A stretch of 64,000 bases of DNA from Girardia tigrina (lineage: Eukaryota), in contig MQRK01167126.1 of the NCBI GenBank assembly GCA_001938485.1, positions 3,389 through 67,388 on the forward strand. The letters run 5' to 3'. The notes under the pieces are model-generated. The model was not told the DNA's origin and searched no databases. It saw only the letters and a program-made list of their open reading frames with translations. Shown in pieces: positions 11,791-24,330 of this stretch; position 1 is the stretch's first letter, and each line of letters opens with the position of its first letter. The position numbers and the translations under genes are program-made.

Positions 11791-12589
11791 TGTTAAAGTA
11801 ACGACTCTGATTAGTCAACTGACAACCAATATTCACGTTACTTTAAGAGAAAGAAAATTGATTAAATGACTAACAAAACTAAGCTAATCAAAAAGATATT
11901 TTTTAATGAGCTTAGTTATAGGTGAATATAATAAAAATAAACAAATGTCGATTAAAAAAAGGTTAGCTTTTAACAAACAACTATATAATTTGTACAACAA
12001 TTACTTACACCAAATTTGAGAAGAAATACAGACACATAGATTTCTAAAGGAGATAAGTCCCAGAAACTAATGTAAATAATCCAAAAGTTATTTTGTAGGT
12101 TGGTCTGATAATCACCCAAGAAAAAACGGTGTTATCACTATTTGACAGTTCTGCTTGAATTTATTCAGTTATGACTTTAATTATTTCTTTTATTGTTTTT
12201 TTATTGATTTAATTCTTTTATGATATAATTATATAATTAAGCTTCTTCTTTTTCTTTCTTGGCTTTCTTTTCTTTCTTGACTTTCTTCTTTATCTTTTAA
12301 ATAATATGATCTTCTTATTCTTCTAAATAAACTAATCCAAAAAATAAAATAAAATAATCTATAGATTTCGCCAGTAAATGATTGAACGCATAGCAGAACG
12401 CATACATAGCAGAAAGGCGTTTAAAATTTGAAAGTATCGTGTTAGACAAGACTGAATGTTTTTTTTATCACAAAAAGAAAGGAAAGTATGAATTACATAA
12501 ACAAAATATTGTCAGGCTCATACCAAAAAAAACAAATATATTTACATGAGATAAAAAAAATAAAAATTATCTTGGTTGATAATCAGGAG

Positions 12590-13090
12590 TCTTACTGTAT
12601 AGTTATTACATCCTTTTGGGTCTTCCTGATCGAATTAAGGAGTTTATGTATGTTTCCTCGATACAGTAGGATCTCTGTGAATAATGCGGTTAATGAAATC
12701 TCCAGACATCGCATCATCCTCAAATAGCCACTGTATGTCTTCTGAGATTGATTGCTTCTTTCTCCCACTGATCTCCCACTGTATTTCTCCCCTCCAGATT
12801 TGTTTTATTGTCTCGTACTCTTCTGAAGTTTTCGTCTTTCTGTGGAAAGTAAGCCTTTTACTTGCGATAATGTCCATGTGATGTGGGAGTCCGATGTCCA
12901 GCATGTTCATATGAATCTTTTCAATCTGTGTTTCTTCATAACTATGCAAGTGCGTAGGTTATGAATGGCATGTAACTTCTTAATGTTCTAGTCCGCAGTT
13001 CTACAGCCGTAGTAGACTACGTAGAATATGCATGCGTTGATAACTTTTTTCTTATTTCTCCGTGGTACAGTACCTGTTACATTTCCAATA
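12590..13090 (-). mobile_element. LINE (RTE-like) C-terminal fragment
   Basis: VVYYGCRT...IKKLHAIHN (compare the RTE LLYGCETW..KL..F motif), then SKRLTFH...SGRKKQSISEDI in ORF 12644-12949. Confidence 0.55.
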
Positions 13091-13385
13091 GATTTTGTCT
13101 TTTTAGATTGAACGTCACACATAAAGATGGCCTTCATGTGCTAATTTATTCTTCATTTCTTGTGATTTCACAAACATGATGGAATATTTAGTTATTCAAG
13201 TAAAATATTTTATTCCTTCCCATTATTTAATTCACACTTTATTTGTATTTTTTTGAAGAAATAGTTATTAATTTTACGGTGAATGGAAAATTAAACTCAC
13301 ATATCATCTTTTGTGATTACAGTTGTGATTGCGTTTTTATCTATAAGAAGATAAAAAAAGTTTAATATTTTTTTTATCAAGAAGA

Positions 13386-13465
13386 GTGTTTTGCCTTTCG
13401 GATGTTTTGCTATTGGAGATTTTGTCTTTTGGATATTTTGCCTTTGTATATTTTGCTATTAACCC
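13386..13465. repeat. Degenerate ~14-15 bp tandem repeats (attttgcctttg-like), typical of DNA-transposon subterminal repeats
   Basis: tgttttgcctttcgg / atgttttgctattgg / agattttgtcttttgg / atattttgcctttg / atattttgctatt, ending aaccc. Confidence 0.5.
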
Positions 13466-13740
13466 GCTAATTTTACCAATTTATATTTGTAAAATGATTT
13501 TTTAATTAATTTATACTTCCTGAATTTTAATTTAGATATAATTCCTAAACTTGAATTAATTACCTTTCAATTTATTAAACTTCAACTCGAAATTCTTTTT
13601 TTAGTTATTTTAATAATATTTTATATTGAACTTATTCTGATAACTAGAATTCAAAGTTTTAAAACCATTTTCATTATAATTTTAAAACTTAGAATTCAGT
13701 TTAAAATAATATTTATTTTCCACATCATTTTATTTCATCA

Positions 13741-13966
13741 TGAGGTGCCGGCCATCGGATCGAATTGTGACAGCCGACCCACCTTATTCGTGCGGAAGTT
13801 CACCGGTGGGAAAGAACAGCCAACCGCTTCGCTGTCACTTGTGATCCCCACATGTCAAGTGCCCACCGGTCGAAAAGTCGCTTCGGGTCAGTGTGCGCCG
13901 GTGCTCCAATGTTCACTGCCAAACGTTGGGCGGTGGGTTCCGTTTGGAACCTTAGGCGGTCTTTGA
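13741..13966 (+). ncRNA. GC-rich structured island, copy A (candidate structured RNA)
   Basis: Stems tgaggtg/cacctta, gtgacagc/gctgtcac, accggtgg/ccaccggt, cactgcc/ggcggtg and ggttcc/ggaacc. Homologous to the minus strand of 52826-53080. Confidence 0.5.
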
Positions 13967-14189
13967 TTATTTTTAACAAAAAACCCCTGAGGAAAACAAT
14001 TAAATTAGATCAAAAGTTTTATTTATAATCAAAGATTTTTACATACAAAAAATTTATACATTATTGTTTATTTAAACAATTTTTAATTAATTTTCAATAT
14101 AAATATTTACTTATTTCAAATATTATTTATAAAAACTATTTATTCAAAAATTTAAAGAATATGCTTTTCACATGAGTCCTTCACAGGAC

Positions 14190-14680
14190 CACTTTCCAAA
14201 TTTAAAAAAAATTTGCTTGCCAGTTTATTTCTATGTTTGGCACGACTTACCTTTGCGAACAATTTTTTTCTAAAATGAAGTATATCAAATCAAAATACAG
14301 GACTTCTTTGTCAGACTCACATTTAATATCCTTACTTATGATTAGTGCTTCGAAGATTCTACCGGATTACTCAGATATTTTACAAAATCAACAACAGTTA
14401 CACCATTCTCACTAGTTAGACCTCCTCCTAATCGTCCAAGTTTTTGAAAAACTCGTTATTAAATGGAATTTAATGTTATTGTTTTGAATATATTTTCAAA
14501 ACTTTCACTATCATGTCATTACAATTATAATTTTATATGTCCATATTATTAATAAACTTATCATTTATCTGTGTATTCACTGATTATACGTTTTTAATAT
14601 CATAATTTATATTTGCGGCCCGCGGGACTATCTTCCAATGCACCATCCGGCCCGCGTTGTCAAAAGTTTGGTGACCCCTG
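14190..14680 (+). mobile_element. hAT (Buster/Charlie-type) transposon 3' end
   Basis: MFGTTYLCEQFFSKMKYIKSKYRTSLSDSHL is the hAT dimerisation domain. Subterminal gcggcccg repeats, terminus ...ggtgacccCTG, followed by an 8-mer with central TA (atttaaag). Confidence 0.85.
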
Positions 14681-16625
14681 ATTTAAAGCAAACGTTTTTG
14701 TTTATTAGTGTAATGTACATTATCTTTCATTTATTATTTTTTATATTATTTTTGAAATGATTGAAACGTCTCGGGTAGGATTTTATTATTATATATTTTA
14801 TATTATTTCCGAACCAAATAATAATTTATAAAAAATGGAAACTAAAATAGTATTCAATATATTATAATAATCAAATGTATCATAAAGCTTGTTTACAAAT
14901 GTCATTATATTGTCGACACTTGTTTATAATTAAATGTCATTATAAAATATTCGACGTCTTTCAAACAGTACAAAATTAAAATTTTTATGATTTTAAATGA
15001 AGAAATTCTAATTTGATTTATTTCATTATAATTATTTATCAATAAATATTTTTAAAATAATTGTAAATTGATGATTAATAAATCCAAAATGTCTTTCTGA
15101 AGGTTTTTAGGATTAATATCGACTGATTACCATTGAAATCTTCCTTAAAATAATTATTTTTATATATTAAAGTAATGAATGTGTAATCAAGATTGTCATG
15201 CGGTCATATTTGAAGATACTGAGCAAAGCGAAAATGGTGCGAAGCCCCAATGACCCAACCGAACTACTTTTTGTTCTCTTCAAATTCTGAAGATGTTATC
15301 ATAATTTTTTTCCTTTTTTTCCTTTATCAAAAACAATTACAATAGGATTCGCGAAATCGGACTGACATATAAAATATTAATTTTAATAAATCGAATTCTG
15401 AATTACATTCAACACAACTGAATTTAAATCACCTTTAAATCACCTTCAATAAAATATTTGAGTTTGAAAAACTAGATTAATTTTATAAAATACAAATATT
15501 ATTTTCCGTAATATATTAGCTGAAACATTTATTATTCAAATTAATTAATTATTAAAAATAATTTTCTATCATAAACATTTTATTCAATTTTATTTAAATT
15601 AAAAAAAACGTTTTTTATAAAATTTAATCGCAAATTCATTATAAATAATTCTTCGTGAAATATTGAGCTTAATTTCCGATTTATTTATTTTTAGATTAAT
15701 TAATCATTTAAAATACATTTTATTAAAAATTTTAATTATTCAATTTACGGTAGAAATAGTTCATCATCTTTTAAAAATTTATTTTCTTTAATAAATACAT
15801 TTCATAATAATTTTTTGAGGCTGAAGGCTTTGGAATTAATTATTTAAATTGCATACCATGCGTTTTGCCTGCATCTAATTCACCTATATGCAATTATAAT
15901 TGCGTATATGAAAGCTAATTTTAATCACGAAAAGGTTAACACTTGCATATACAGACAATCCTTTGCTAAAATGTAGCTCTATTGTGATTTTTCGTTAATG
16001 ACACTAAATAAAAGTCTGAATATTTAGATTGAAATGTCAGTTATTTAGTTTAACCCAAAAAAAATTTAAATTTGAATAATAATTCCTTTTTAATAAATTA
16101 TTTAACAGTAATGTTAATTAATTTCTGATATTTACTATAATAGTAATAAATATGAAGAAATAAATTAGTTTTAAAATTTCGATACAATCATTTTTTGACA
16201 AAGAAATTCAAAATTATAAATAAAAATTATTTTTATGTGAAGATGTCAAAAATAAATTTGTGTTTGTCAGAGAAACATGGGAGTCGACCTATTGGTCTGG
16301 TTATCCATTTAAAATAAAATGACTAATTCCGATTCTAAGATTTATTAATTATAACACAATATCCATAATCTCGACTATTTAAAGAGGAAAATAGTGATGT
16401 TATAATGACTCACATTTTCAAAGCCTTTTCGTTGGTTTACAATCTCAAACACACACATACTATCAACATACATTCAACATCAGACAAGTAACCCATTTTA
16501 TTATATCATCACAACTGACTTTACACAGTCAATTCCATCAGCAATCACACAATAATTATTACACAATTAAGCTTAGTTATTTTTGTTAGTAACAAACAAT
16601 ATTTATTACATAACTATTCCTCCTC

Positions 16626-17350
16626 ACAGGTCTTAAACAAATTGGTCTAAACAAACTAGTCTAACAACAAATTCGTCTAAAAACTAATTCGTCTATCAAC
16701 AAATTGGTCTAAAAGAAATTGGTCTAACAAAAAATTCGTCTCACAAAGAATTGATCTAAAACAAAACAATCAACAAACCAATAAGTGACATTTAAATTGT
16801 AAAAAAATCCGACAATGAATAAATTGTATTAATATTTCATATCACATCAATGAGAAAATCTAAATTTTGTATGTCATTCATTTCATCATCCAAAGTCTGT
16901 ACAACTGTTTTTAGACTCTGCACAATCAACATATCTTTTTCCTTGCTGGTTGCTGTCCACTAACAAATTGTTCACTGTTTAGTTCGTTTAGTGGCTGTTC
17001 ATTTTTTATTGCGTGATAAACTTCCAAATATTGGTATGATTACTGGATACTTGGTAAAGAAAGCCACTCTCTAAACATTTCTTTCAAATGATTTATTTTA
17101 TTTTAAATGTTTAAATAAATAAATCAAATTAATATTTTTTTTGAAAATAGCTATAATAAATAAAATTTTTTTAAAATATTTGAGTGTCAAATTGATTCAG
17201 ATAATTGGAAAGATATATTAATCTGGAACGGTGCATAGCCCCGAGAGCTTTGGTAATGAATGTAATGAAGACAACTCAAGTTGAAATACTGATAAAAATG
17301 TCGGAATACACTTTAATGTACATAGATTCTGGATATACATATTCGAAAGT
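16626..17350 (-). mobile_element. MULE-type transposon remnant with subterminal tandem repeats
   Basis: Eight aaattggtctaa-like repeats at 16635-16760. The minus strand encodes NHTNIWKFI...IKNEQ...ARKK.YVD, resembling the MULE transposase C-terminus HPNIWKFI..LK.EQ. Confidence 0.55.
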
Positions 17351-18095
17351 ATATTATTATTTAAATTGTGTTAGATAAGTTAAAATAAATTTAAATTAAC
17401 TAATTTTTAATTAAACAAAATGGAAAATATTATACGTTTTTAATGGACTTTTAACCTGTTAGGAAGAATATTATTATTAATTAATTATTATTATAAATTT
17501 ATTATTATTTAAATTAGTTTTAATATATTTAAAATTAGCTAAATATGCTTCCTATAATTTGTTTAATATTTTTTTGCGTTATTTATACATTTGTTTTAAT
17601 TATCAAATATATTTTGAGAAATGACTTAATTGTGTAGTTTTATACAACATCTATCACACCCCATGACAATTTAAAAAAGCCTAAAGATGAGGTGTCATAA
17701 TTTTTTGGAAAACTAGAATTCATTGGCGGACATTGTTTTAAAGTTTTTATAAGGTTTTTCTGAAAATCATCTTTTTGAACAGAGATATTACATTAAAGAG
17801 TCAGGAAGAAGGTATACCATGTTGGTTGCGTTCCGATGGAAAAACTGATTGGAGAAGCATAAAAACAGTAAAAATTTGATTCTTGAAACTTGTTGAGCAA
17901 CCTTTAATCTTTTGAAAGAAATTTGATGAATAGTTTATTGAGTATATCATTTATTCCATAAATGATTTTGTTGCTTTCAAAGACATAAAAAAATAATATC
18001 CTACTGGTAAATATTACAATAAATAAATATAATTCTACTGTTTCCAAAACATTAAGACTTTAATTTTTATTAGAAATAAATATAATAATATAATA

Positions 18096-18947
18096 TTATA
18101 ATAATATAATTATTTCAAAAATAATCACAATCAAAATAAAAAATATAAATATAAATAATTCAATAATGTTTGAATAAGCATTTTTATTTCTAGGATTTAC
18201 TTCTTCCTTCAAAGAAATATTATTTCTGTCGATTCTTTCGATAATCGAGGTGGTCGAATGGGTCGACGATGTCGCTGGTAAACACGATTTATTACTTATC
18301 GTACAACTTCGATAATTTAAAATTCTTTCATTTCTTTTCTCATTTATTTCTGATTCTTCAATTCTGAATTCGAACTCAGCAACAAATTTATCTCCACAAA
18401 TATCTTTTGTACATTTGAATCCATAGGAACAATCTCGTTGAATTATTCTCCATTTTTGTATTTTCAATATAAAAGAATACTTTAAATGTTGATTTATTAT
18501 TTTATTTCCACATAGAAAAAGTAAACTAAACATTCGTGAAGGATTAATATCGATAAAAGAATCTCTGTCAATCTTCAAAGGATCCACGATGGTGAGGGAT
18601 GAAATATTCGATAAAGGTTGAATATCAATTCGTCGAATGTGATTTATTCTTATATGATTAATTTTCAAATGATTTATATTCGGAAATTCCATTTTTATTC
18701 TATCCATAACTCCGGGAGCGAATCCGTCTAAATCGAAGGTACCCGATTCAGTATTCGACAATGTCAATGTTTTATATTCATATTCACAACTTATACTTAT
18801 CATTTCTGAGACATTTGTGTCTCTGTTCATCCGAGAACAGTCGACATCTTTGTCTGAATTATTCCGAGAGACGAAACAACGAATATTCGACCACGATTCA
18901 CTCATCACAAGAGCGATATTTATTGGAATAATTAAAAAATATATCAT
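18096..18947 (-). CDS. Intronless predicted LRR-like surface protein (copy 2, inverted paralog of 5000-5854)
   Basis: 283-aa ORF aligning end to end with copy 1, with the same domain layout and a 4-aa insertion (KRNE). Confidence 0.75.
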   Translation of the reverse strand: MIYFLIIPINIALVMSESWSNIRCFVSRNNSDKDVDCSRMNRDTNVSEMISISCEYEYKTLTLSNTESGTFDLDGFAPGVMDRIKMEFPNINHLKINHIRINHIRRIDIQPLSNISSLTIVDPLKIDRDSFIDINPSRMFSLLFLCGNKIINQHLKYSFILKIQKWRIIQRDCSYGFKCTKDICGDKFVAEFEFRIEESEINEKRNERILNYRSCTISNKSCLPATSSTHSTTSIIERIDRNNISLKEEVNPRNKNAYSNIIELFIFIFFILIVIIFEIIILL

Positions 18948-19639
18948 TATGAACCGACTATTCGTTCACTATTTTGACGACTTAAATAAATTGATGCATT
19001 TGCAAATATGTTTAGATTTAACTATTTAACACAAACTATTTTTATATTTAAAATATAACAACATTGGATGCAAATATTTAGGTAAATTGATCAGTAAACC
19101 TACTAAAATTAGTAAAGACTACGGACTGATCATGGCTTTTATACGTCTACTTGCGGTTTAAATTATTTATAAATGTAATTTTATCCAAACATCGATTATC
19201 CGCATTCGATTCTGTTATAATTGTTACTATGTTCTATTACAATGAAGGAAGATCATTTAGCAGGGTTTAAACTTAACAGAAATATAATCAGTGATCACAT
19301 CCAATATTTTTATATCAGGTCTCTCGAACCACTGCCTTAACTTCTAAAACCTAGGTGAACCGATAGTTCAATTATTTGAAACTACTTATAGATAACTAGA
19401 TCGATTTCCAGACATTTATTTTCTTTCATATTAAATTAAAAGTAAAGGAATTGTTTTCAAAAATTACTACGGAAAGCATTCGCGAAAATGTGTGGTGGGT
19501 CATTACATACCAAAGCATTTACATAAATTCTAATAATAATAAACGTTATTTTATTAAGTCCACGAATAAATAATGAACTAAGAAACACCTTGCACATTCT
19601 GCTGCAGCAATATATGCTCAAGGTTCTCGCAATTACTAA

Positions 19640-20120
19640 TGTCAAGAGAACTCAAGTGATTTGTGATTTTAATTCGAGTAATTGAGAAAAGGTTTTGGTG
19701 GGCGCGTTTTTTTTGTGAGGAGAAGGTTAAAGAAGATTAAGAACGAGCACTAAAAAAGAAAATGTCATAATTGTGTAAGAAATGATTGAAGAAGATTACT
19801 TTTTAACCTGTTCTGCGATATGAAAAGTTACAGACATTAAAGAAACGAGTGTTCTCCGCATATTAAAACAAGAACTTGAAAAGATGGAAATTCGCAGCAC
19901 ATGGGTTTCTCACATTTTGATTTATCATAACAAGAGAGTTAGAGGTACTTACTATCAAGAATTTGTAAATGTTTACTTGTCTATAAGAGCAAAGATAAAG
20001 ATCATTATGATCGATGAGAAATGAATTAAAGTTTGAGACATACGTACGAACGGATGCAACCATCTTCGAGTGGATGGCGCAACTGATCGTTAAAATCTGC
20101 TAGGAAGATAATATCTAATC
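19640..20120 (+). mobile_element. Highly decayed mariner transposase fragment
   Basis: MIEED..., WVSHIL and IIMIDEK remnants; homologous to the inverted copy at 22660-23140. Confidence 0.6.
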
Positions 20121-22659
20121 ACAAACTTTTTACTATTGTTACTAGCAAAGAAGCAAAATCGCTTGCTTATTTCAAAATTCTTCATGGTGATAGGTTTTTT
20201 CAAAAAAATTTTAAAAATTTATAAATCGGAATAATTGCACTTCGGATTTTCTCAAATAAATGTTTTAATTTGTATTTTTTAGATTTTTATAAGATTTCAA
20301 TGACCTATAAAAACGTAACTTTTTTCCCGGTTACTACTATCGAGGAAAATTTAAAATAAACTAAGTGGACAAAAGTACGTGTCCCAGTAGATTAGGTTTG
20401 TATCGAAATATTAAAATAAAAAAACGTAAAGAATTGTGTTTCCCAATTCTCTGAAATGAATACTGTTAGGGGTTCTTTTCGGTGAACTGTAAATTTTTGA
20501 TATTTTTAAATTAAAAATCATATTTATATTTGAGATAAATTAAAAAATAATATTTTACTAATTAAATTGAAAGAACTTTTGAAAGAAATTATATATAAAA
20601 AATTTAAGTTTATAGATAGTATTTTTACTAATTAAAATGAAATAATTTTTCTAAAAAATTAGTGTAATGACAATAATTTACTAATTAAATTGAAAAAACT
20701 TTTATAAATAAATAAATTTAAAAAATCACAATTAAAATAACAATTTCAGAGTAAAAGAATATTGTAAAGCAAATTTTGATATATCTTGTAACACTTTTTA
20801 AAATAAAAATCATAATGTTTATTGAATTTAATTGTCAACGGAAATTCTCATTAAAAAATAATTTATAATTGAATTTTTTAAATTAAAGAAAAATTATTTA
20901 GGAATTGAATTTTTACAGGACTTGTCCATTAAAATAATTTCAAAGATCTAAATTTATATTCCAAATTAATAAACATTGTAAAAATTAATAAAACAAAAAC
21001 AAAATATGATTTATGCAAAATTGAATAAATTAATATATATATATATCTATATATATATATCGATATTATTATTTATATTTAGAATTTTAAAATCTGGTTT
21101 ATGTAACTGAAATATTGTTCCTCATAAATTTGTTTGAATAATGAAAGTTGTATTAAAAATAAAGTTTGCGAATAGTGACTTTGAATTTTAATCACGAACC
21201 CAATAAATACAAAAAAAAGTTTTCTAGGAAATAAAATTTTGTGTTCGACATTTTTTTGGTAAAAAATCAAATCATTCGAATGTGGTTAGGGCGATTCAAT
21301 CATCATTCACAACCGCCGTCCCGACTGATTCCAATAATAATCATGTGGAGGTCCATGGAATGGCCTCTGACTCAAGCACGACATTTATCACAATGAATGT
21401 CGTTGAGTTTTTGAAAAAAACTTTAATTATCACTTATAAGAATTAATTTATAAAAAGTAAATTAAATATTTGACAAAATTGTATTTGACGTTAAAAGAAA
21501 ATCTTTGTTACAGTAATAATTGATCAATAAAATAAATATTTAATAAATTATTAAATAAATGATTTTCTTTCACACAGAAATATGCAAATTGCTGTTGAAA
21601 ACACATGTTAAAGATTATATTTTGAACACATTTGTTTTGATTTCGTTTCATAAATAAAATTAGTGGCCCACATACCAATTCGGTAAGGCAAATGTGGCAC
21701 GCTAAATTGCAAGACGCATTAATTTTTGTTAAAACTTTCCTTTCTATATGTCCTTTTCGGTTATCTAACCCTTAGACCCTAAAATGTCGAGCGTTATGAT
21801 TATTATTATTTATTTTAGAAATCTTTATGATTATGACTTAATAGAAGTAATTTTAGAAATGTTGACTTGAAGAACTACACTTTAGAACATTGATATTTAT
21901 TTGTTAAATATTACGAGTTATGAATGCCATAGGAAAACTTTTAAATTTTTATATAAATATTTATTAACAACACTTAAAATTGTTTTTCCAACGACCCTTA
22001 GATTCAGATTCTATACCTGTCTAATGTAAATTGAGTTACGTTATTCTACTGGAAACAAATAATTATTACAAGTTTAATTTTAAAAATGAGATATTTATTG
22101 AGAGTGGTCGTAGCATTTCCATTTTCTTCGATGATGTTTGATTAAAGATTAGAATTCGTAATTGCACACAAAAATTTATTAATGAAAATTAAATACACAT
22201 TTAAACAATTTTTTCTCGTTAATTTAATCATTTCGCTAAAATTCATTTATTAAATTTTCTTTATTTTTTGTATAAATTTATAAAATTTAATCTCGATTAA
22301 CTTGTTCGATTCGCATGGGGGGGCCATATCGAAGTAAACCCCAAAAATAAAATTGCAAATTATTTTTTGCAAATGGAGAAATAAATAATTTATTAAAATA
22401 TTTACTCAAAACTTATTTGATAATAATTAAAATGATTATTAATTATTTAAAAAATGTTAATTCGATTTATTTATTAAAAATTGTAAACATTAATTAACTT
22501 ATTTAAAATTTTTAAATTAAAAATAAATTTAAACATAACACATTTTTAGATAATAAGAATTCAAATTTTAATCATCCATCTGGGTAAGAGAGACACAATT
22601 ATAAATCAACATGCGACATTCAACACAAAACATATAACATTCAAATATTCCTCACACAG

Positions 22660-23140
22660 ATATCATCCGCCTAGCACTAGTTGAACTATCACTTGCGCCT
22701 AACGCCCGAACAAGGTCAAATTCATTCGGAAATATGCCTTGAAGGTAAATCCATTTTTCATCGACCAAAATGATCTTTTCTTAAACCTTTTTTGTAAAAT
22801 AAACTTTCACATTTCTTAACAGCAAGTAACTCTAATTCTCTTGTTTTTGTCAGTTAAAATGCGGGGAACCTATGTGCTTCAAACTGACGTCTTTCGATGT
22901 TCTTGTTTTTATTGGCGGCGAAAACTCATTTCTTTAATTTATGTGACTCTTAAAATGGCGAAACAACATTTCAATCTTCTTCAATCCTTTCACAAACAAT
23001 TATGACATATACTTCTTCAATGCTAGTTGTTGGTCTTCCTAACCAATTATCCCTGACAATTATCCCAAAACGAAAGCATTGGATTTTACTTTTTTAAGAG
23101 AATTAATAGAAACGCGTTCTCAAATTTTCATACATAAAAC
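22660..23140 (-). mobile_element. Highly decayed mariner transposase fragment (same family as 19640-20120)
   Basis: GRPTTS..., VPRILT and IILVDEKWIY remnants; shares gtcataattgt...gattgaagaagatt with the 19764-19798 region. Confidence 0.6.
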
Positions 23141-24096
23141 ATGAAACAAACTTTAAAAACGCGAATTGAATAAAAAGTTAATTACATGTAAAATACGAAA
23201 TTTTACCTGCATATAATTAAAACAAACATACAATAAGAAAATCTATTGACCAAATGATATAATATAAAAGAAAATATTAATAAAATATAAATTGAAATAA
23301 TTATTTTAAACTAGTTAACGAAACACATTGAAGAGAACTTTTGTAATGACATATTTGTAGTTTTTTACATATGTTTCCGCAATTTTTAGTGAGCAATTTT
23401 TTGAGTTAACATCAATTATTACTTGAAAATTTGAAAATTTTGTTAATTTACATATTAATTATTTAGCAAGCTAAATAGGACAAAAGGAAGTATAGTTGAT
23501 GACAGAAAAGGAAATGTAGTCTAACTTCTAAGTATACTAAAGGTAAAAAAGGTTTTGATGAGAATTATTTGAGTGACCCTCACAATTTATTTGGTTATAA
23601 GTTATTTCAGGGAAAATAATAACTCTTGAAAAATCGCTAAAAAAGCCCAAAAGCACTCAAAAATATAAACAAAAGTTAACAGGTCAAAATATTTCAAAAA
23701 CATTTAGGTCAAAAAATTTCAAAATAAGAATAAATTAAATCAAAATATGAAATAATTTTGTCAAAAATGTAAAAACAAGTCTAATTATGTGAAAAATGTT
23801 AAAATATAGATCTCATGGTTGCATGCAGCATTATATTAAGCGGACATTTGCCAACAGTTCGACAGATTGTTACTTCCATTGAAGGTGTAATGGAAAAGAA
23901 AATGGATATAATTTATCTTCCATTAACTTTATAAAATAATTAAATATATAAATTAAATTTATAATGTTTATTAATAACACAATTGACATCAGATTGTTAT
24001 GAATACAATTAATCAATTCAATGTCATTAAGTATTTTTCTGATCAATTACGAATAAGTGTTACCGAAATTGTCACAAGGAATTCATTGTACAAATG

Positions 24097-24330
24097 CTGA
24101 TTTCCCTGTTTAGTCTGTTACTAAACATTAGTCGGGTGAACTCGTAATGCAAGTGGTTTAGGTGCCGGTAGTTTGATAGAAATTCGTCGGCTAGAGTGCC
24201 ATGTGATACGAATTTCCAGTTCCGGCTAAACCAGAAAACCCGAACAAAATGAATAGTGATCCGGTTGGATGCGTCACAGATAAACAATGGGGAAATCGGT
24301 GGGTAGATTTTTCCAATGCGACGCAAATCA
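24097..24330 (+). other. Nested long imperfect hairpin (rod-like) in a GC-elevated island
   Basis: Nested pairings: 24097-24121 with 24273-24299; 24132-24137 with 24238-24243; 24154-24168 with 24222-24233; 24179-24187 with 24208-24216. Confidence 0.5.

Noticed and set aside
13792-13810. GGAAGTTC resembling RNase P/MRP CR-I
   Set aside because: No CR-V partner was found and the motif is not conserved in copy B.
16630-16760. Short repeats with spacers, superficially CRISPR-like (also 58140-58200)
   Set aside because: The units are degenerate, the spacers are only a few nt, there are no cas genes and the context is eukaryotic; they are transposon subterminal repeats.
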